Source: Mobula hypostoma | Taxonomy: Eukaryota | Direction: 5' to 3' | Assembly (NCBI RefSeq): GCF_963921235.1 | Contig: NC_086100.1 | Span: 159,464,001 to 159,528,000, forward strand | Length of the DNA stretch: 64,000 nt | Shown here: positions 28,008 through 39,689 of the stretch, piece by piece | How the letters are laid out: each line of letters begins with the position of its first letter | Position numbering within the stretch: the stretch's first letter is position 1 | Notes under the pieces: model-generated | Database searches by the model: none | What the model was told of the DNA's origin: nothing | The model's input: the letters and a program-made list of their open reading frames with translations, nothing else | Made by a program: the position numbers and the translations under genes

Positions 28008-28146
28008 GCGATATCTCCTCTCTTCCTCGAATTTCTGTTCAAATCTCCTAATTTTCTTCTTCAAGTTCTGGATTCTTCGGGTCATCTGTGCTGGGGTCAG
28101 TTCTTCCCTCTCATCGTCATAGGAACCAAGGGATGAGCTCCGAGGC
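28008..28146 (-). CDS. FAM13A: FAM13A exon: (R)PRSSSLGSYDDEREELTPAQMTRRIQNLKKKIRRFEQKFEEERRYR
   Basis: 139 nt; phases 2/0; GTAAGT donor. Confidence 0.96.
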
Positions 28147-28229
28147 CTGCCAGTGAAAGAACAAGAAAGCCAACTACACAGTGACTCTCTGTGCATTTAA
28201 ACAAGCCATCAAACAGAGAACGTGGTCAT

Positions 28230-28445
28230 AAATGGTTGGTGTGTGGAATGCACTGCCAGCGAAAGTGGTACAGGCAGATACAATAGGGTCTTTTAAGAGA
28301 CTCTTCAAGATAGGTACATGGAGCTTAGAAAAATAGAGGGCTATGTGTGGGGAAATTCTAGGCAGTCTCTAGAGCAGGTTACATGGTCGGCACAACATTG
28401 TGGGCCGAAGAGCTTGTAATGTGCTGTAGATTTCTATGTTCTAAA
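28230..28445 (+). mobile_element. CR1 3' end
   Basis: GTGTGGAATGCACTGCCAG...GGGCCGAAG...TTTCTATGTTCTA tail. Confidence 0.7.
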
Positions 28446-29459
28446 TCTAAATACCAAATAAATACACACTAAACATTTCAATAAGGCATATTTATGAATG
28501 GCATTTAACAGATGAGTAGGGAAGCAGGTCATTATGTCTATGCTAGTTCTTTAATTGAGTAAAAAACAGAAAAGGTGAGGATCGTCAGCAAGATAGGCAG
28601 TATCTTTGGAAAGAGAAAGATGGTCAATGCTTCAGGTCAGAGACCTGACCATCTGAAGGTCTCCAAACGTAAATTTTCATTCTGCTTCTCTTTTCTCATA
28701 TAACATTTCCAGCATTTTCTGTTTTTATTGAGCTGGATAATCAGTCACCCTTATCCCAAAAAATCCTGGACTTCTTCCTCTTTCCTTTTTAAGCATTTTT
28801 CAAATTGCCTTTGGGACAATACTGCTGAATCTGCTGCCACAATTTGCAGGATTAAAAAGAGAAATCTATTCATCTTTCCACCAATTTTCTTAAGATAGCT
28901 TGTTTATAACTGATAAAAATAGCTCCGCGATGGAATGTCTACCCAAGGTATGAGATCAGGAACAGTTCCCTGCAGCCCTGGGTGAGCACAATTGCTCTCT
29001 CTCCAAGCAAGTCGTTGGGCAGGATGAGGAAGGATTGATTAAATGACATAAGGGACACAGAGGGGCTGGTGCTCTCCCCAAAACAGGAAAGGTTCCAGGG
29101 AAGGGGGTGCTAAACAGGAAAACTTCAGAAGGAGCACAAGACACTGTCTCTATTGGGATCAGTAATCAGAGGAGAAAGATTCTGAAATTGGGAATGAAAA
29201 CAAGAGCTAGTGTCTGCGGGTTAAATCTGAGAATGGTATTGAGATATATAGCTGACAAAGGGTGCAGATTTCATTTCTGATTTTAACTTAGTTAAATATG
29301 TTAAAACTACCTCTGAGAATAACTGCTCATGTAACAATCAAACAGATCAGCAGATCCTGGGTTATAGCCTTCAGAGAATGGGACCAGTAATGTTAACCAG
29401 CGATTAGAAACCCATCCTGAATGGATGTTTCTAATCCCTGGTTAACATCACTAACTGTA

Positions 29460-29930
29460 AGTTCGGAGTTCAACTCCCACTGTCTGTAAGGAGTTTGTAT
29501 ATTCTCTGTGACTGCACAGGTTTCCTTCAGATGCTCTGGTTTCCCCCCACATTGCAAAAACATACGAGTTGGGTTGAATAAATTGTTAGCATGCTATGTT
29601 TATCTATTTATCCCTTTTGGCCCTTCAATACATGCCGACCAAGCAACCCCACTACCCTGATTAACCCTAATCTAAACAAGTTCCAATTTATAATGACCAA
29701 TTAACTTACCCAGTACATCTTTGGACTGTGGAAGAAAACCGGAGCACCTGGAGGAAACCCACGCATTTCACGGGGAGGATGTACAGAAACTCCTTACAGA
29801 ATGGAGCCGGAATTGAACTCCAAACTGCCCCAGCACATCTCGGGCTGTGTTGGTCGTCGATGCAAACAAAGCCTTTCTATACGTTTCCATATAAATATGA
29901 CAAATTAAGCAAATCTAATCTCAACCTCAC
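29460..29930. mobile_element. Cluster of V-SINE fragments in both orientations
   Basis: V-domain on the plus strand at 29480-29560 and on the minus strand at 29720-29800 (GAAAACCGGAGCACCTGGAGGAAACCCACGC). Confidence 0.65.
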
Positions 29931-30364
29931 AAGTAAATTTTTCACTGCACCACTACACCCATGTCCTTGTGCACGACAACAAACTCGACTCTCTGACTTT
30001 GAGTTTGAAAGTTCAATTGGAAATTCAGGAAAAAGCAGAAGAAAATGTCAAGAATGAGAAACAGAGTCCGATGCAGAATATTTCCACGTGCAAGTCGATT
30101 AGCACGGACACATTTAATAGAAAGCTGAATTTGACGAAAGAATGTGCTCATCAGGATTAAGTAGGAGGGAGAATCCGGGACAAGTAACAACAGGCATTGT
30201 CTGACTGGGCTGACTGGCTTGTTGCTGTATTATAATTTCAATATTAAAAGATTTCTGCTGCAGTGTCAAAGAGCAGGGACTCTCAGATATTCTAGTGGTA
30301 AGACTCTTCATCATTGAGACACTTTTAAGCACTTTATGTATATCCTTTGGGGGTGTATCGGGTA

Positions 30365-30900
30365 TTCAGGGAGGGGTAGTACATCTGGTGAAGGGGCTTG
30401 TCATGTCCATTCTGGGCAGCTCGCTCAACTTCGGGCCCCACCGGACACTCACCTGTGTCTCCACGTAGCTGTCTGCCTGTGACAGCGGCCACACCTCGGT
30501 ACACTGCTTTGAAAGGCAGGGTAAACCTGATGAGGGTAGCCAGTGGGTTTATACCCCAGTGAGATAGGGTCATGCCTGTCCTAGCATGTGAAGTTAGCTC
30601 TGGTGGACTGGGTAGCTGAAATTAGCAGTGAGATCCAATGTTCAGGAAGGCAGTTCTGCAACGCTCTGAGACCAAACGGCACAGTCATCCACTACAACCA
30701 AGGAACACCCAGTTTATGACATCTACACATACCACGGGATCCAAACGTCCGAGGTCAAGAGAATGGAACTGCCTCAGTGCCACAGCTTTTGCATTTTAAA
30801 AACTCTCCTGTACAGATTTCACTGTCATTGTCAGATATGACAGACAACCAATATATATATCCTGTACGCATGGGCAGAACTGGCCATGAGGACTTCATGA
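30365..30900 (+). mobile_element. Probable RTE-clade 5' UTR-derived (non-autonomous) element
   Basis: GGTGAAGGGGCTTG resembles RTE/BovB 5' ends as I recall them. The segment is GC-rich with no ORF. Confidence 0.4.
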
Positions 30901-31169
30901 CTGCAATCGTTGCCATTCCAGTGGATTTTTCTGAAAGCATTCACTGGCCTTTTGGTAACAGACCCTCTTCAACTTCATTTGGAGGATCTCTGAACAATTT
31001 AGGATTGGCCTAAAAGATTTTCAAAGGCACAAAACAGTATGGACAATGGAAATCAGAAACGAAGAGGGAAAACACGATAAATTATCACAGCTCAGACCTC
31101 ACCAATGGGGTGGAGACATAGCAAGGTCTGATGAAAGCTGTGCACACTCTGGTTTGGTGTGGAGGGAAG

Positions 31170-31280
31170 GCTGCTCTGTTAGAGGTGCCATCCACTGGTT
31201 AAGGTAGCATACTTAAGGTATAAAAGATCCCACAGCACCATTTTGAAGATAAACAGAGGGGTTAACTTAGGGTCCTACCA
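31170..31280 (+). mobile_element. DeuSINE (SacSINE1-like) fragment
   Basis: AAAGATCCCACAGCACCATTTTGAAGA is Deu-domain-like. Related pieces occur at about 24040-24190 (-), 42520-42760 (-) and 61430-61800 (+). Confidence 0.5.
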
Positions 31281-31670
31281 AGTCAAGTCGAGTTTATTAT
31301 CATGTGCACAGTAAGGCTTGAAATACAGGCACAATAAAATGAAACTTGCCAGTTGCAGCATCACAGACACTTGGGTACAGCCATCAAACAGAACAAATTA
31401 TACAATGACGAAACAAGACTGTAAAACAAAGCTTTAGTGCAAAGAAAAAGACAACCAGTGGCCAAGTTCATGGCGGTGCAAGAGGGGATCCACAGTGTTC
31501 CTGAGCTAGGGTTAGGGTTATTCAGGTATTTCAAGGAACTTGATGGTTGTAGGAAAGTGGCTGTTCCTGAACCTGGTAGTGTGGGACTTTACACTTCTGT
31601 ACCTCCTGCAGGCAGAAGAGGTCATGGTGGGGATCCCTGATCGTAAACATCACCTTCTTGAAGCAGCATC
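31280..31670 (-). mobile_element. Rex1-type LINE 3' tail
   Basis: Reverse-complement tail starting caagtcaagtcgagtttatt and including gctgttcctgaacctggtagtgtgggac. Confidence 0.55.
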
Positions 31671-31907
31671 ATCTGGTCATCAGAAAAGGGCCACTTGGGG
31701 AAGCTTGCTGTACACAAACTTCTACAGCAACCACAGGCCTATAGCATCACACCTGCTACTATGTGATTTGGGATCTTGTGATCGGTGCTATATAAAGGTA
31801 GTTTTTTGCCAAATAGAGCACATAAGCTAAAATGTCAAAGGCGCGGAGAGGCCGACACGAGGAAGTGAGTTACACCCCACTGCATCCTTCCCTGCCACCA
31901 CACTCAC

Positions 31908-32121
31908 CTCATGAAGGAATGTGAATTAGGGGGTGAAGGGGGCACTTCTGTGTCATTGAGGAACTGCTGGCTCTGACTGTAGGCGTAGAAACGAGGAGAC
32001 AACATGGGGTCGGAGTCTTCCTCCAAGAGCTGGCGGATTAATCGGCCCGCCTGCGGCGACAGGCGAGCTTCCTCGGATTCTGCGTCAGGGCTCTTCCACA
32101 TCTGGAGGGCTGGCCCAGCTT
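31908..32121 (-). CDS. FAM13A: FAM13A exon: (E)AGPALQMWKSPDAESEEARLSPQAGRLIRQLLEEDSDPMLSPRFYAYSQSQQFLNDTEVPPSPPNSHSFM(R)
   Basis: 214 nt; phases 1/2. The acceptor is a tandem CAGAAG, giving an alternative start at 32118. Confidence 0.93.
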
Positions 32122-32509
32122 CTGGAATAACAACCATCTCAGGGTTAAAAGCTGCTGCTGTCTTGGGGAAGCACATGACTACTGTCAGTCTTCTTGCAAA
32201 ACCCCGGCCTGCAACTGTACTCCCTCATGCAGATTCAACACATACAGCCACGCTGGGCTAGGCCACTGGCAGTGCAGTCCTGGACATCCATCAGAATCCA
32301 GCTGTCAAATCGTGGGTTTTGCTTTATTACAGACCAACACATTCTGGGAATTGTGGTTCACTGGGATGTAGATGCGTGAGAGGATAACATGGAAGGGAGG
32401 GCAATAAAAGCAGGTGGATGAGGAAAGGTAGTGAACAGTTTAGGATAACACATATAAAAGCGGACTGGCAAATGTATACCAAACTAAGATCTAGAATTGT
32501 AGGTGTGTG

Positions 32510-33050
32510 TCTGTAGGAGAAATGGAGCGGGGTGAGAGAAAGTGCTGAGAATGAGGGAAACAGACACGGGGAGAGAAAAGTGTGGATGGACAGATGGAAA
32601 AATGGAAAGATATATCTAGAGGAAAATAGGAGAAAGGAAGAGAAGAGGCAGACTAAGAGAATAGTAAGCAAGGGGAAGAGGGGAGTAGTGAGAAGGGAGA
32701 GACTGAGGGGGAGAGAAAGGGAGAGGGGGAAAGAGAAGAGGAAGAGAAGGAGAGCAGCAGGAGAGAGGGAGGGCGCAGTTTATCCGCTTTACATGTATGC
32801 TTGTGTGCTCTTTCTGTACATGGGTTTACTTGTCTGTTCACATTGCACGTGTCTGTGTGCTTAACTAACTACACGCTTAGTTTTTGTGCAGTGTTGGAGT
32901 GTTGTGCGTGCAAGTTTACCTCTACGTGTATATGCTCATATTGTGCTATCTGTACATGGCTACATGGTCTGTGGTCACTATTGTATTTGTTTGCATACGT
33001 GTGCACTTTTCTTGTGATATCCGCAGCTGTAAGTTTGCCTGTGTAAGTAT
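32510..33050. repeat. Low-complexity GA-rich tract followed by a degenerate TG-rich tract
   Basis: Near-pure purine run at about 32620-32775; TGTG/TGCA-rich sequence at 32790-33050. Confidence 0.8.
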
Positions 33051-33580
33051 AACACCGTATTTGCCCCAGCTACTTGTGCTTATATCGCTAAAGGGGGCGG
33101 GGAATTCTGGGTGTCCTGTGTCCAGCTAAATACAATTACTTAACTGTCACCGCAGTCTAGGTAGAGAATTATTGAAATGAAGCACGGGTATAGTGCGTCA
33201 AGCACACTTCAGAATTCTCGAGGGTATGCATTCATAATTCAATTCAATTTTACAGGCAAGAAGCTCCGGTATCTCCCGTGATCAAAATAATACCTTCTAC
33301 TCAAGAATCGTTTCTAAAAATGCACCAGTAAACACTGCACTCCAGGCATTCTGCAATTCCAGTTTAATAATTTTAAGCTCTAGCCATACCAGTGTGCAAA
33401 CATATCTTCCACCAACTCGCTGCACAAGGAGAAATGAACAAGTGTAAGAAGCGAGATAAATACCACAAAATATTAGTAAAGCTACTGTTACTTCTAGAAA
33501 GCAGCCAACGAAACGATTTTGTAAACTCCTGTTTAGGAGGCATCTGCTTCTGGATTAGAGCCCCACAGTCGAAAGGTTAC

Positions 33581-33731
33581 CTCCCAGCTCCTTGTCCTCT
33601 GACAAGCCAGTCAGGTCCAGACGAGGGATCTCCAACGTGCTGCTGCCTTCCGCTGTAGCTGGTTCAGGAGTCCTCGGTGTTCTGGCCACGTCGCTTTGGC
33701 TCGGAGGTTCCTGAATCTTCATGGCTGTATT
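33581..33731 (-). CDS. FAM13A: FAM13A exon: NTAMKIQEPPSQSDVARTPRTPEPATAEGSSTLEIPRLDLTGLSEDKELG
   Basis: MKIQE and E.P..DLT.L match FAM13A. The donor at 33580 is phase 1. The acceptor is uncertain (33724, 33731 or 33765). Confidence 0.85.
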
Positions 33732-34169
33732 CTGAATAACCCCCGCAAAATATAAAAAAAAGTATCTATATCAGCGATGGAATGAGATTGTAAATAAACA
33801 CCGAGGGAGTGCAAAAACTATTTCGCTGGTTTGGGTTCAAAGCAAAACAACAAAAAAAATGTGCTTCCTCAAATCCACCGCTCTCCGACCCTCCCATTGT
33901 GATTATCTGATGGGCTGTGATATGTGAAGGCGACCCATCTGCCTGGTTGACAATCCTGCTCGTAGAGTGACAGGCAGCTTTATCCCACCCATCCCCCGCC
34001 TTGTTTATGAATCCCAAACGCTGTGTGCTGCTGTAGCAAGCCGCTCTATTTCTGTGCTGGGCGCGGTTTCCCCAGCAGATACCTACAGCTAGACGGGAAT
34101 GTTTCCTTAGCCATGGCTGTGAATAGCGTAATAAAGTGGATCAAACAAGCGTGCAAGTCGGCAGACACA

Positions 34170-34590
34170 TACTTATGCAGACTAATTAAAGCTTGCAGAC
34201 TGGGCAACTGGCTGAGGGCGAGCTGGGGCTGTTTTTCCGCGGGACCCGATGGGTTGTGAGGTGAGGTACGCAGCTCTATTAATAGAGCAGGAGGAGGGCC
34301 TTCCTTCAGAAGCTCACGTTCACAGTACAGGCATTACGTGACTTGCAGACATCTTCAAACAAAAGAACAATCTGTAACTCTGGGCTTGCATGTGCTGGCA
34401 GGGAGCCAGATCAGACCAGAAGCAGGCGCTGGTGTTAGTCTGCCTCTTCGAAATGCTGGTTATTACTTATTTATTTTTAAGGCAGTGAGTCACTTAGACC
34501 TGCTCTCAGCTGGTGGCGTTTCATGAAGAGAAATACATGTCAAACCGCAAACAATAAATAGGTTAGTGGAAAGCCATGGTTACATAAATC
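34170..34590 (-). promoter_or_regulatory. Candidate internal promoter or enhancer
   Basis: Repeat-free, CpG-containing segment. It carries a 16-bp palindrome at 34273-34288 with a MEF2 consensus (CTATTAATAG), TTACGTGA at 34334-34341, MEF2-like TTATTTTTAA at 34471-34480, AP-1 TGAGTCA at 34486-34492 and TTACATAA at 34580-34587. Confidence 0.45.
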
Positions 34591-34869
34591 TATCTAAAAT
34601 ATTCGACAACTTAAAGCTGCACTGCGAATTAGAAGGGTAAGTGGTTTGCACCCCTTTATTGAAAGGAGTTTGGTACATTACAATGAAAAAGATTAGCTGT
34701 GCTTATAAAGGCTTGGTGACACCCACCTGAAATCCTGCCTGATAGTTTGGTTTCTATGCCTTACAGAAGATGCATCAAAGCTTTGTTAGAACACTCTTTG
34801 GGCTGCAGTGGTTTAACACAGTGGAATGGGACTTTTTTTTTGAGATCAGACAATCTTACTGAAAATATA

Positions 34870-35310
34870 TAAGGTACCCTGACTGCATCATGGCCCAGTA
34901 AATGAATGTGCAGAAATGTAAGTAACCGCACAGAGAAGTGGTATCAACCCATCAAAGGTACATTTCTTTCCCCATCATCAGTAGTATCTACAGGAGCTGT
35001 TGCCTCAAAAAAACAGCATCCATCAAAAACAAAGATCCCCACCATCCAGGCTATTCTAGCTTCTCACATGTACCATCGGGCAGGAGGTACAGACACTTGA
35101 AGTCTCACACCATCAGTTTCAAGAACCGCTACTTCCCTTCAACTGTTTGGCTCTTGAACCAACCGACACCACTCTAATCGCAAAACCCTCACTATCACAA
35201 AACTATGACCACTTTGTACTGCAATAAACTTTGTTTTTGGCACTAGCTGTCCTTTCTTGTATAATTCGTGTTTAATTTTGTTTATGTTCTTTTTCTTGAA
35301 TAAATTAACA
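34870..35310 (+). mobile_element. Rex1/Babar 3' fragment
   Basis: KDPHHPGY..FS..PSGRRYR.LK.HT..FKN.YFP motif. Confidence 0.75.
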
Positions 35311-35937
35311 ACTGTTTGTAATGGAAACAAATTTCGCTCAGAGTGCTGTGAACCTTTGGAATTTTTTATGGATGCTTAGCTGCTGAATAAAGCTAAGGCC
35401 ATGATTTTTGGATAATATGTAGTGTCTTCAGTGACGTAAGGATAATATGGGAATGCGGTTAATATCCAATAGATCTCATTCAATGGCAAAAGGAGATGGT
35501 GGGGGAGAGGGGAGGGGAGTCTTCTCCTGTTCCTAGTCCTCATGTTCTTACGTTGAGGCTGGGAGAAGCATTGTGCAATGCAAGTCCTTACTCCATTGGA
35601 TTTTAAGGATGCTTTAATTTTCTTTCAGGCCTTTTCTTGTTTTTCCTTCAGAGCAGTGATGTAGAAAATGAAGCTGCGGTCTCAGCAAGACAAGGCAACT
35701 CTTGCCTGCCCAGTGGTGGGGGCAAGCTGAGGAAAATCTTCTGTCAGTTAACAGTTTTACTTAATTTTTTCCTAAGTCTGTGTTTGAAGATTTAATATGT
35801 TTTTTTTAAGCTATTAAACTGAAAAAGTTTGCACATAGCAAACTGCCCTGTAATCTGATTTAGTGATGCTGATCAAGTGATTAACACTGGCCAGGGGACC
35901 GGGGAAGATTTCTCAGTTGTTCTCTCAAGCTGTGTGA

Positions 35938-36720
35938 CACATAGGAAATAGGAGCAGGAGTCGACCATCTGGCCCGCCGAGCCTTCTCCGCCATTCAGTA
36001 AGATCATGGCTGATCTGGCCACGGACTCATCTCCACCTACCTGCCTTTTCCCCATAACCCTTAATTACCCTACTAGGCAAAAATCTATCCAGCCTTGTCT
36101 TAAATATATGTACTGAGGTAGCCTCCACTGCTTCATTGGGCAGAGAATTCCACAGATTCGCCCTTCTCTGGGAAAAGCAGTTCCACCTCATCTCCGTCCT
36201 AAATCTGCTCCCCCGAATCTTGAGGCTATGTCCCCTAGTTCTAGTCTCATCTACCAGTGGAAGCAACTTTCCTGCCTCTATCTTATCTATCCCTTTCACA
36301 ATTTTATATGTTTCTATAAGATCTCTCATTCTTCTGAATTCCAGCGAGTACAGTCCCAGGCGACTCAATCTCTCCTCACAGTTTAACACCCTCATCTCTG
36401 GAATCAACCTGGTGAACCTCCTCTGCATCGCCTCCAAAGCCAGTATATCCTTCCTCAAGTAAGGAGACCAAAACTGCACACAGTACTCCAGGTGCAGCCT
36501 CACCAGTACCCTGTACAATTGCAGCATGACCTCCCTGCTCTTAACTTCAATCTCTCTAGCAATGAAGGCCAACATTCCATTTTCCTTCTTGATAGCCTGC
36601 TGCACCTACAAACCAACCTTTTGTGATTCATGCACAAGCCCTCCCAAGTCCCTCTGCACAACAGCATGCTGCAACTTTTTTTACCATTTAAGTAATAATC
36701 TGCTCTTTCAATTTTCATTC
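35938..36720 (-). mobile_element. Relatively young CR1 LINE 3' fragment
   Basis: The 192-aa ORF 36027-36605 (LYRVLVRLHLEYCVQFWSPY...TRGHSLK) runs to the native stop and 3' tail. Confidence 0.9.
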
Positions 36721-37099
36721 TTTCAATTCAAAATCATAACTACAGATGCTGGAAACCTGAGATAAAAACATCAGAATCACCCAGCAACTCAGACAGTAAC
36801 TGCAGAAGGAGTAGCAGAGGTCAAGGACAAGAAGTTTTGCCTGATTTGGTGAATGTTCCTGGCATTTTCTGTTCTTGTCTCTTTTACATTCATCTGAGAC
36901 TGCAAACAAGGCATTGGTTTAATGCTGCATCTGAAAGATACCACTTTAAGCAGTGCAGCAACTCACACAAATGTTTGTGTTGGTGTCTGGGGTAGGACTT
37001 GAACCCACCACATGTGGCAACGACAATGTAAAGAGAAGCAAAGAGATCTTGATGTGCAGATGGGCAATTTTTTTTTTAAAACAGCAGCATTGTTTGAAA

Positions 37100-37520
37100 C
37101 AACACACATCAAAGTTGCTGGTGAACGCAGCAGGCCAAGCAGCATCTGTAGGAAGAGGTGCAGTCGAGGTTTCAGGCCGAGACCCTTCGTCAGGACTAAC
37201 TGAAGGAAGAGTGAGTAAGGGATTTGAAAGTTGGAGGGGGAGGGGGAGATCCAAAATGATAGGTGAAGACAGGAGGGGGAGGGATAGAGCCAAGAGCTGG
37301 ATAGGTGATAGGCAAAAGGGGATACGAGAGGATCATGGGACAGGAGGTCCGGGAGGAAAGACAAGGGGGGGGGGACCCAGAGGATGGGCAAGGGGTATAT
37401 TCAGAGGGACAGAGGGAGAAAAAGGAGAGGGAGAGAAACATAAAAATAAGTAACAGATGGGGTACCAGGGGGAGGTGGGGCCTAGCGGAAGTTAGAGAAG
37501 TCGATTTTCATGCCATCAGC
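37100..37520 (-). mobile_element. Penelope-like element 3'/pLTR fragment
   Basis: Pyrimidine-rich tail and the terminal repeat shared with other copies. It carries a hammerhead motif. Confidence 0.75.
37161..37197 (-). ncRNA. Minimal type I hammerhead ribozyme motif (best-preserved copy; one substitution in stem III)
   Basis: The minus strand reads AGTC-CTGACGA-AGGGTCTCGGCCT-GAAA-CCTC-GACT. This gives stem I AGTC/GACT, a CUGANGA core, stem II AGG/CCT, GAAA and a UC cleavage site. Confidence 0.6.
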
Positions 37521-38324
37521 ATAAAAATAAAAAATGTTTGAAAAACAGGGTCCTGTCCTTACACCAGAAGCATAAAGTATAAAAGCAAAGGAGTTACGTT
37601 AAACCTGTATAAAGTACATGTGGACTACAGTTGGTCACTGTCTCCCATTCTGAAAGATAATTATCAAGAGGTGGTGCAGAAATTCCTCACTAGAGAGGCT
37701 CTGCATTTCATATTTTATATTCCTTTACAGAAAAGGAGGCCTTCAGCTCTCTTGAGCTCATGCTAGCTCGCGAGGCATCCCATCAGTTCATTCCCCCTCT
37801 TTATTCCCAGCAATCCATTTTTACACAAGCTCTCAAGTTTTTTGCCCACTGCCTATACAAGAGGGGCAATTTATGTGACTAAGTAAACTCCCAGCACATC
37901 TTTGGGATGTGACACAAAACTGCAACACTCAGCGGAAACCCACACAGTCACAGGGAGAACTTGCAAACTCCACAGATACAGCAACAAAGGTCAGGATCAT
38001 ACCCAGGTCACTGTCCCAGAGGGGCTTCAGTTATGTTGAGACTGGAAATGTTGCAAGTTGCTTCTAGAGCAGAGAAGATTAAGAGGGGATTTGATAGAAG
38101 TATTTGAAAAAAAATAAAGTATTGGAAATTGTAAATAAAGAAAAAGTTGTTCTTATGAGAAGAAAGGGTTGTAGACAACCAAAGTTTTTACCATCAAGAC
38201 AGGAGTTATGATCTGGAATGCACAACCAAAAGGACAGAAACTAATTCAATAGTGGCTTTGAAAAAAAGATTATGAATGTTAAAATTATTGCAGTGTTATG
38301 GGTAAACAGCTAAGTAATGGGCTC

Positions 38325-38800
38325 AACACACAAAGTGCTGGAGGAACTCAGCAATTATCAGGCAGCACTGTGGAAGAGGTATGTGAATGTTTTGGATTGA
38401 GACCCTACATCTGGACCGAAAGAAAGAGGGGAGATAGCCAGTATAAAGAGGTGGAGGGATGGGATTGAGCAACAGCTGGAGGACAATAGGTGGATCCAAG
38501 TGAAGAGGCAAATGACTAGGTGCACGGATCTGATCTGAGAGGAAAGTGGAGCATGGAATAAAAGGGAGGGCAAGGAGTGTGTGGGAGATGGCAGATAGGG
38601 AGACTGGGGAAAGGGAAGTAAATAGGTTGATGGGGGCCAGGTGAATCAGGAGGGGAGTGAAAATAAAAAAAAGGTGGCAAAGGGAATAGGGAACACTTAA
38701 TGGAAATTTGAGAATGCAATGTTCATGCCACCAGGTTGGAGACTGCTCAGGCAGAATATGAGGTGCTTCTAGCAGCCATGCATCTGCCCTCCATCTGCAT
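38325..38800 (-). mobile_element. Penelope-like element fragment
   Basis: Same terminal repeat (acacacaaagtgctggaggaactcagc), purine-rich body and endonuclease C-terminal remnant. Confidence 0.7.
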
Positions 38801-39689
38801 TGTGTTTTGTGCTGCATGTTTATTATGGTAACTAGTCATGCGGATAGGGGTGTGGTAAAAGCAAAGGGAGTAAGTTACATCTTCATGCTCTGCTCATTGC
38901 AGTTTGTAACTAGAGACCGGCAGATGTCATATCTTTTGCTGGTCATTTAATAACGCTCAATTGTGCTTAGCTCACGTTTCATTGCTTCAAGATTGCATGT
39001 TTGCTAATTACTAATAAAGGATCGAATACATATCTTCGACTTTGGAAGAATCATTATTGGAGTGAGGGCGTATCCTGCAAGTATAACAAATCCATCAAGA
39101 CGCCAACAGCAGCAGATGTTTTAGTTTTGGTTTGGTTAGAATTAGCCACTAAAGTGCTGTTCCTCTAATTTGCACTTAGCCTTGACTTGGCAGTAGCGGA
39201 GGCCAAGGATGACATGTTGCTATGGGAATGGGAAGTAGAGTCAAAAGAGCAGACTACAGGGAGATCCAAGCAGCCATGGCCAATGTTCTCAACCTGCAAC
39301 ATGGGCTCTCTATCTCTTCTCCATTAGATCCTGCCTGACCTGTTGAGTTTCTCCAGAGCTTTGGATGTTGCTCCAGATTGCAGCACCTGCCATCTCGTGT
39401 CTCCAATGAGTGAGGTCAACTGGATTGTTGTAAAAAGAAACTACAGTCCAATGAGCTGATAGATCTCCTCTACATTGTTCCAACCTAACTCAGATATGGA
39501 CCTGTAATCAGGCAAAAACACACAGATCTGTAATGTACTGCATCTGTACTTGACTTTCAGAGCAAAGTTGAAGGAACCTACACAGTAAATGAGGGGAGGT
39601 GCAGCTGTGTAAAGTGCTGTTGCAAAATTTGTGGTCAGCTAACTGAATTTACGTTGCCAACCGAAATCCAGTTATGACAACAGACGGAA

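Noticed and set aside
32327-33129. Hydrophobic or charged ORFs
   Set aside because: They are translations of GA- and TG-rich low-complexity DNA.
35592-35646. Possible exon ending at a GTAAGG donor
   Set aside because: All three frames from the nearest acceptor contain stop codons.
38879-38940. Possible phase 2/2 exon (KRYDICRSLVTNCNEQSMK)
   Set aside because: Weak acceptor, no homology, and it does not resolve the phase conflict.
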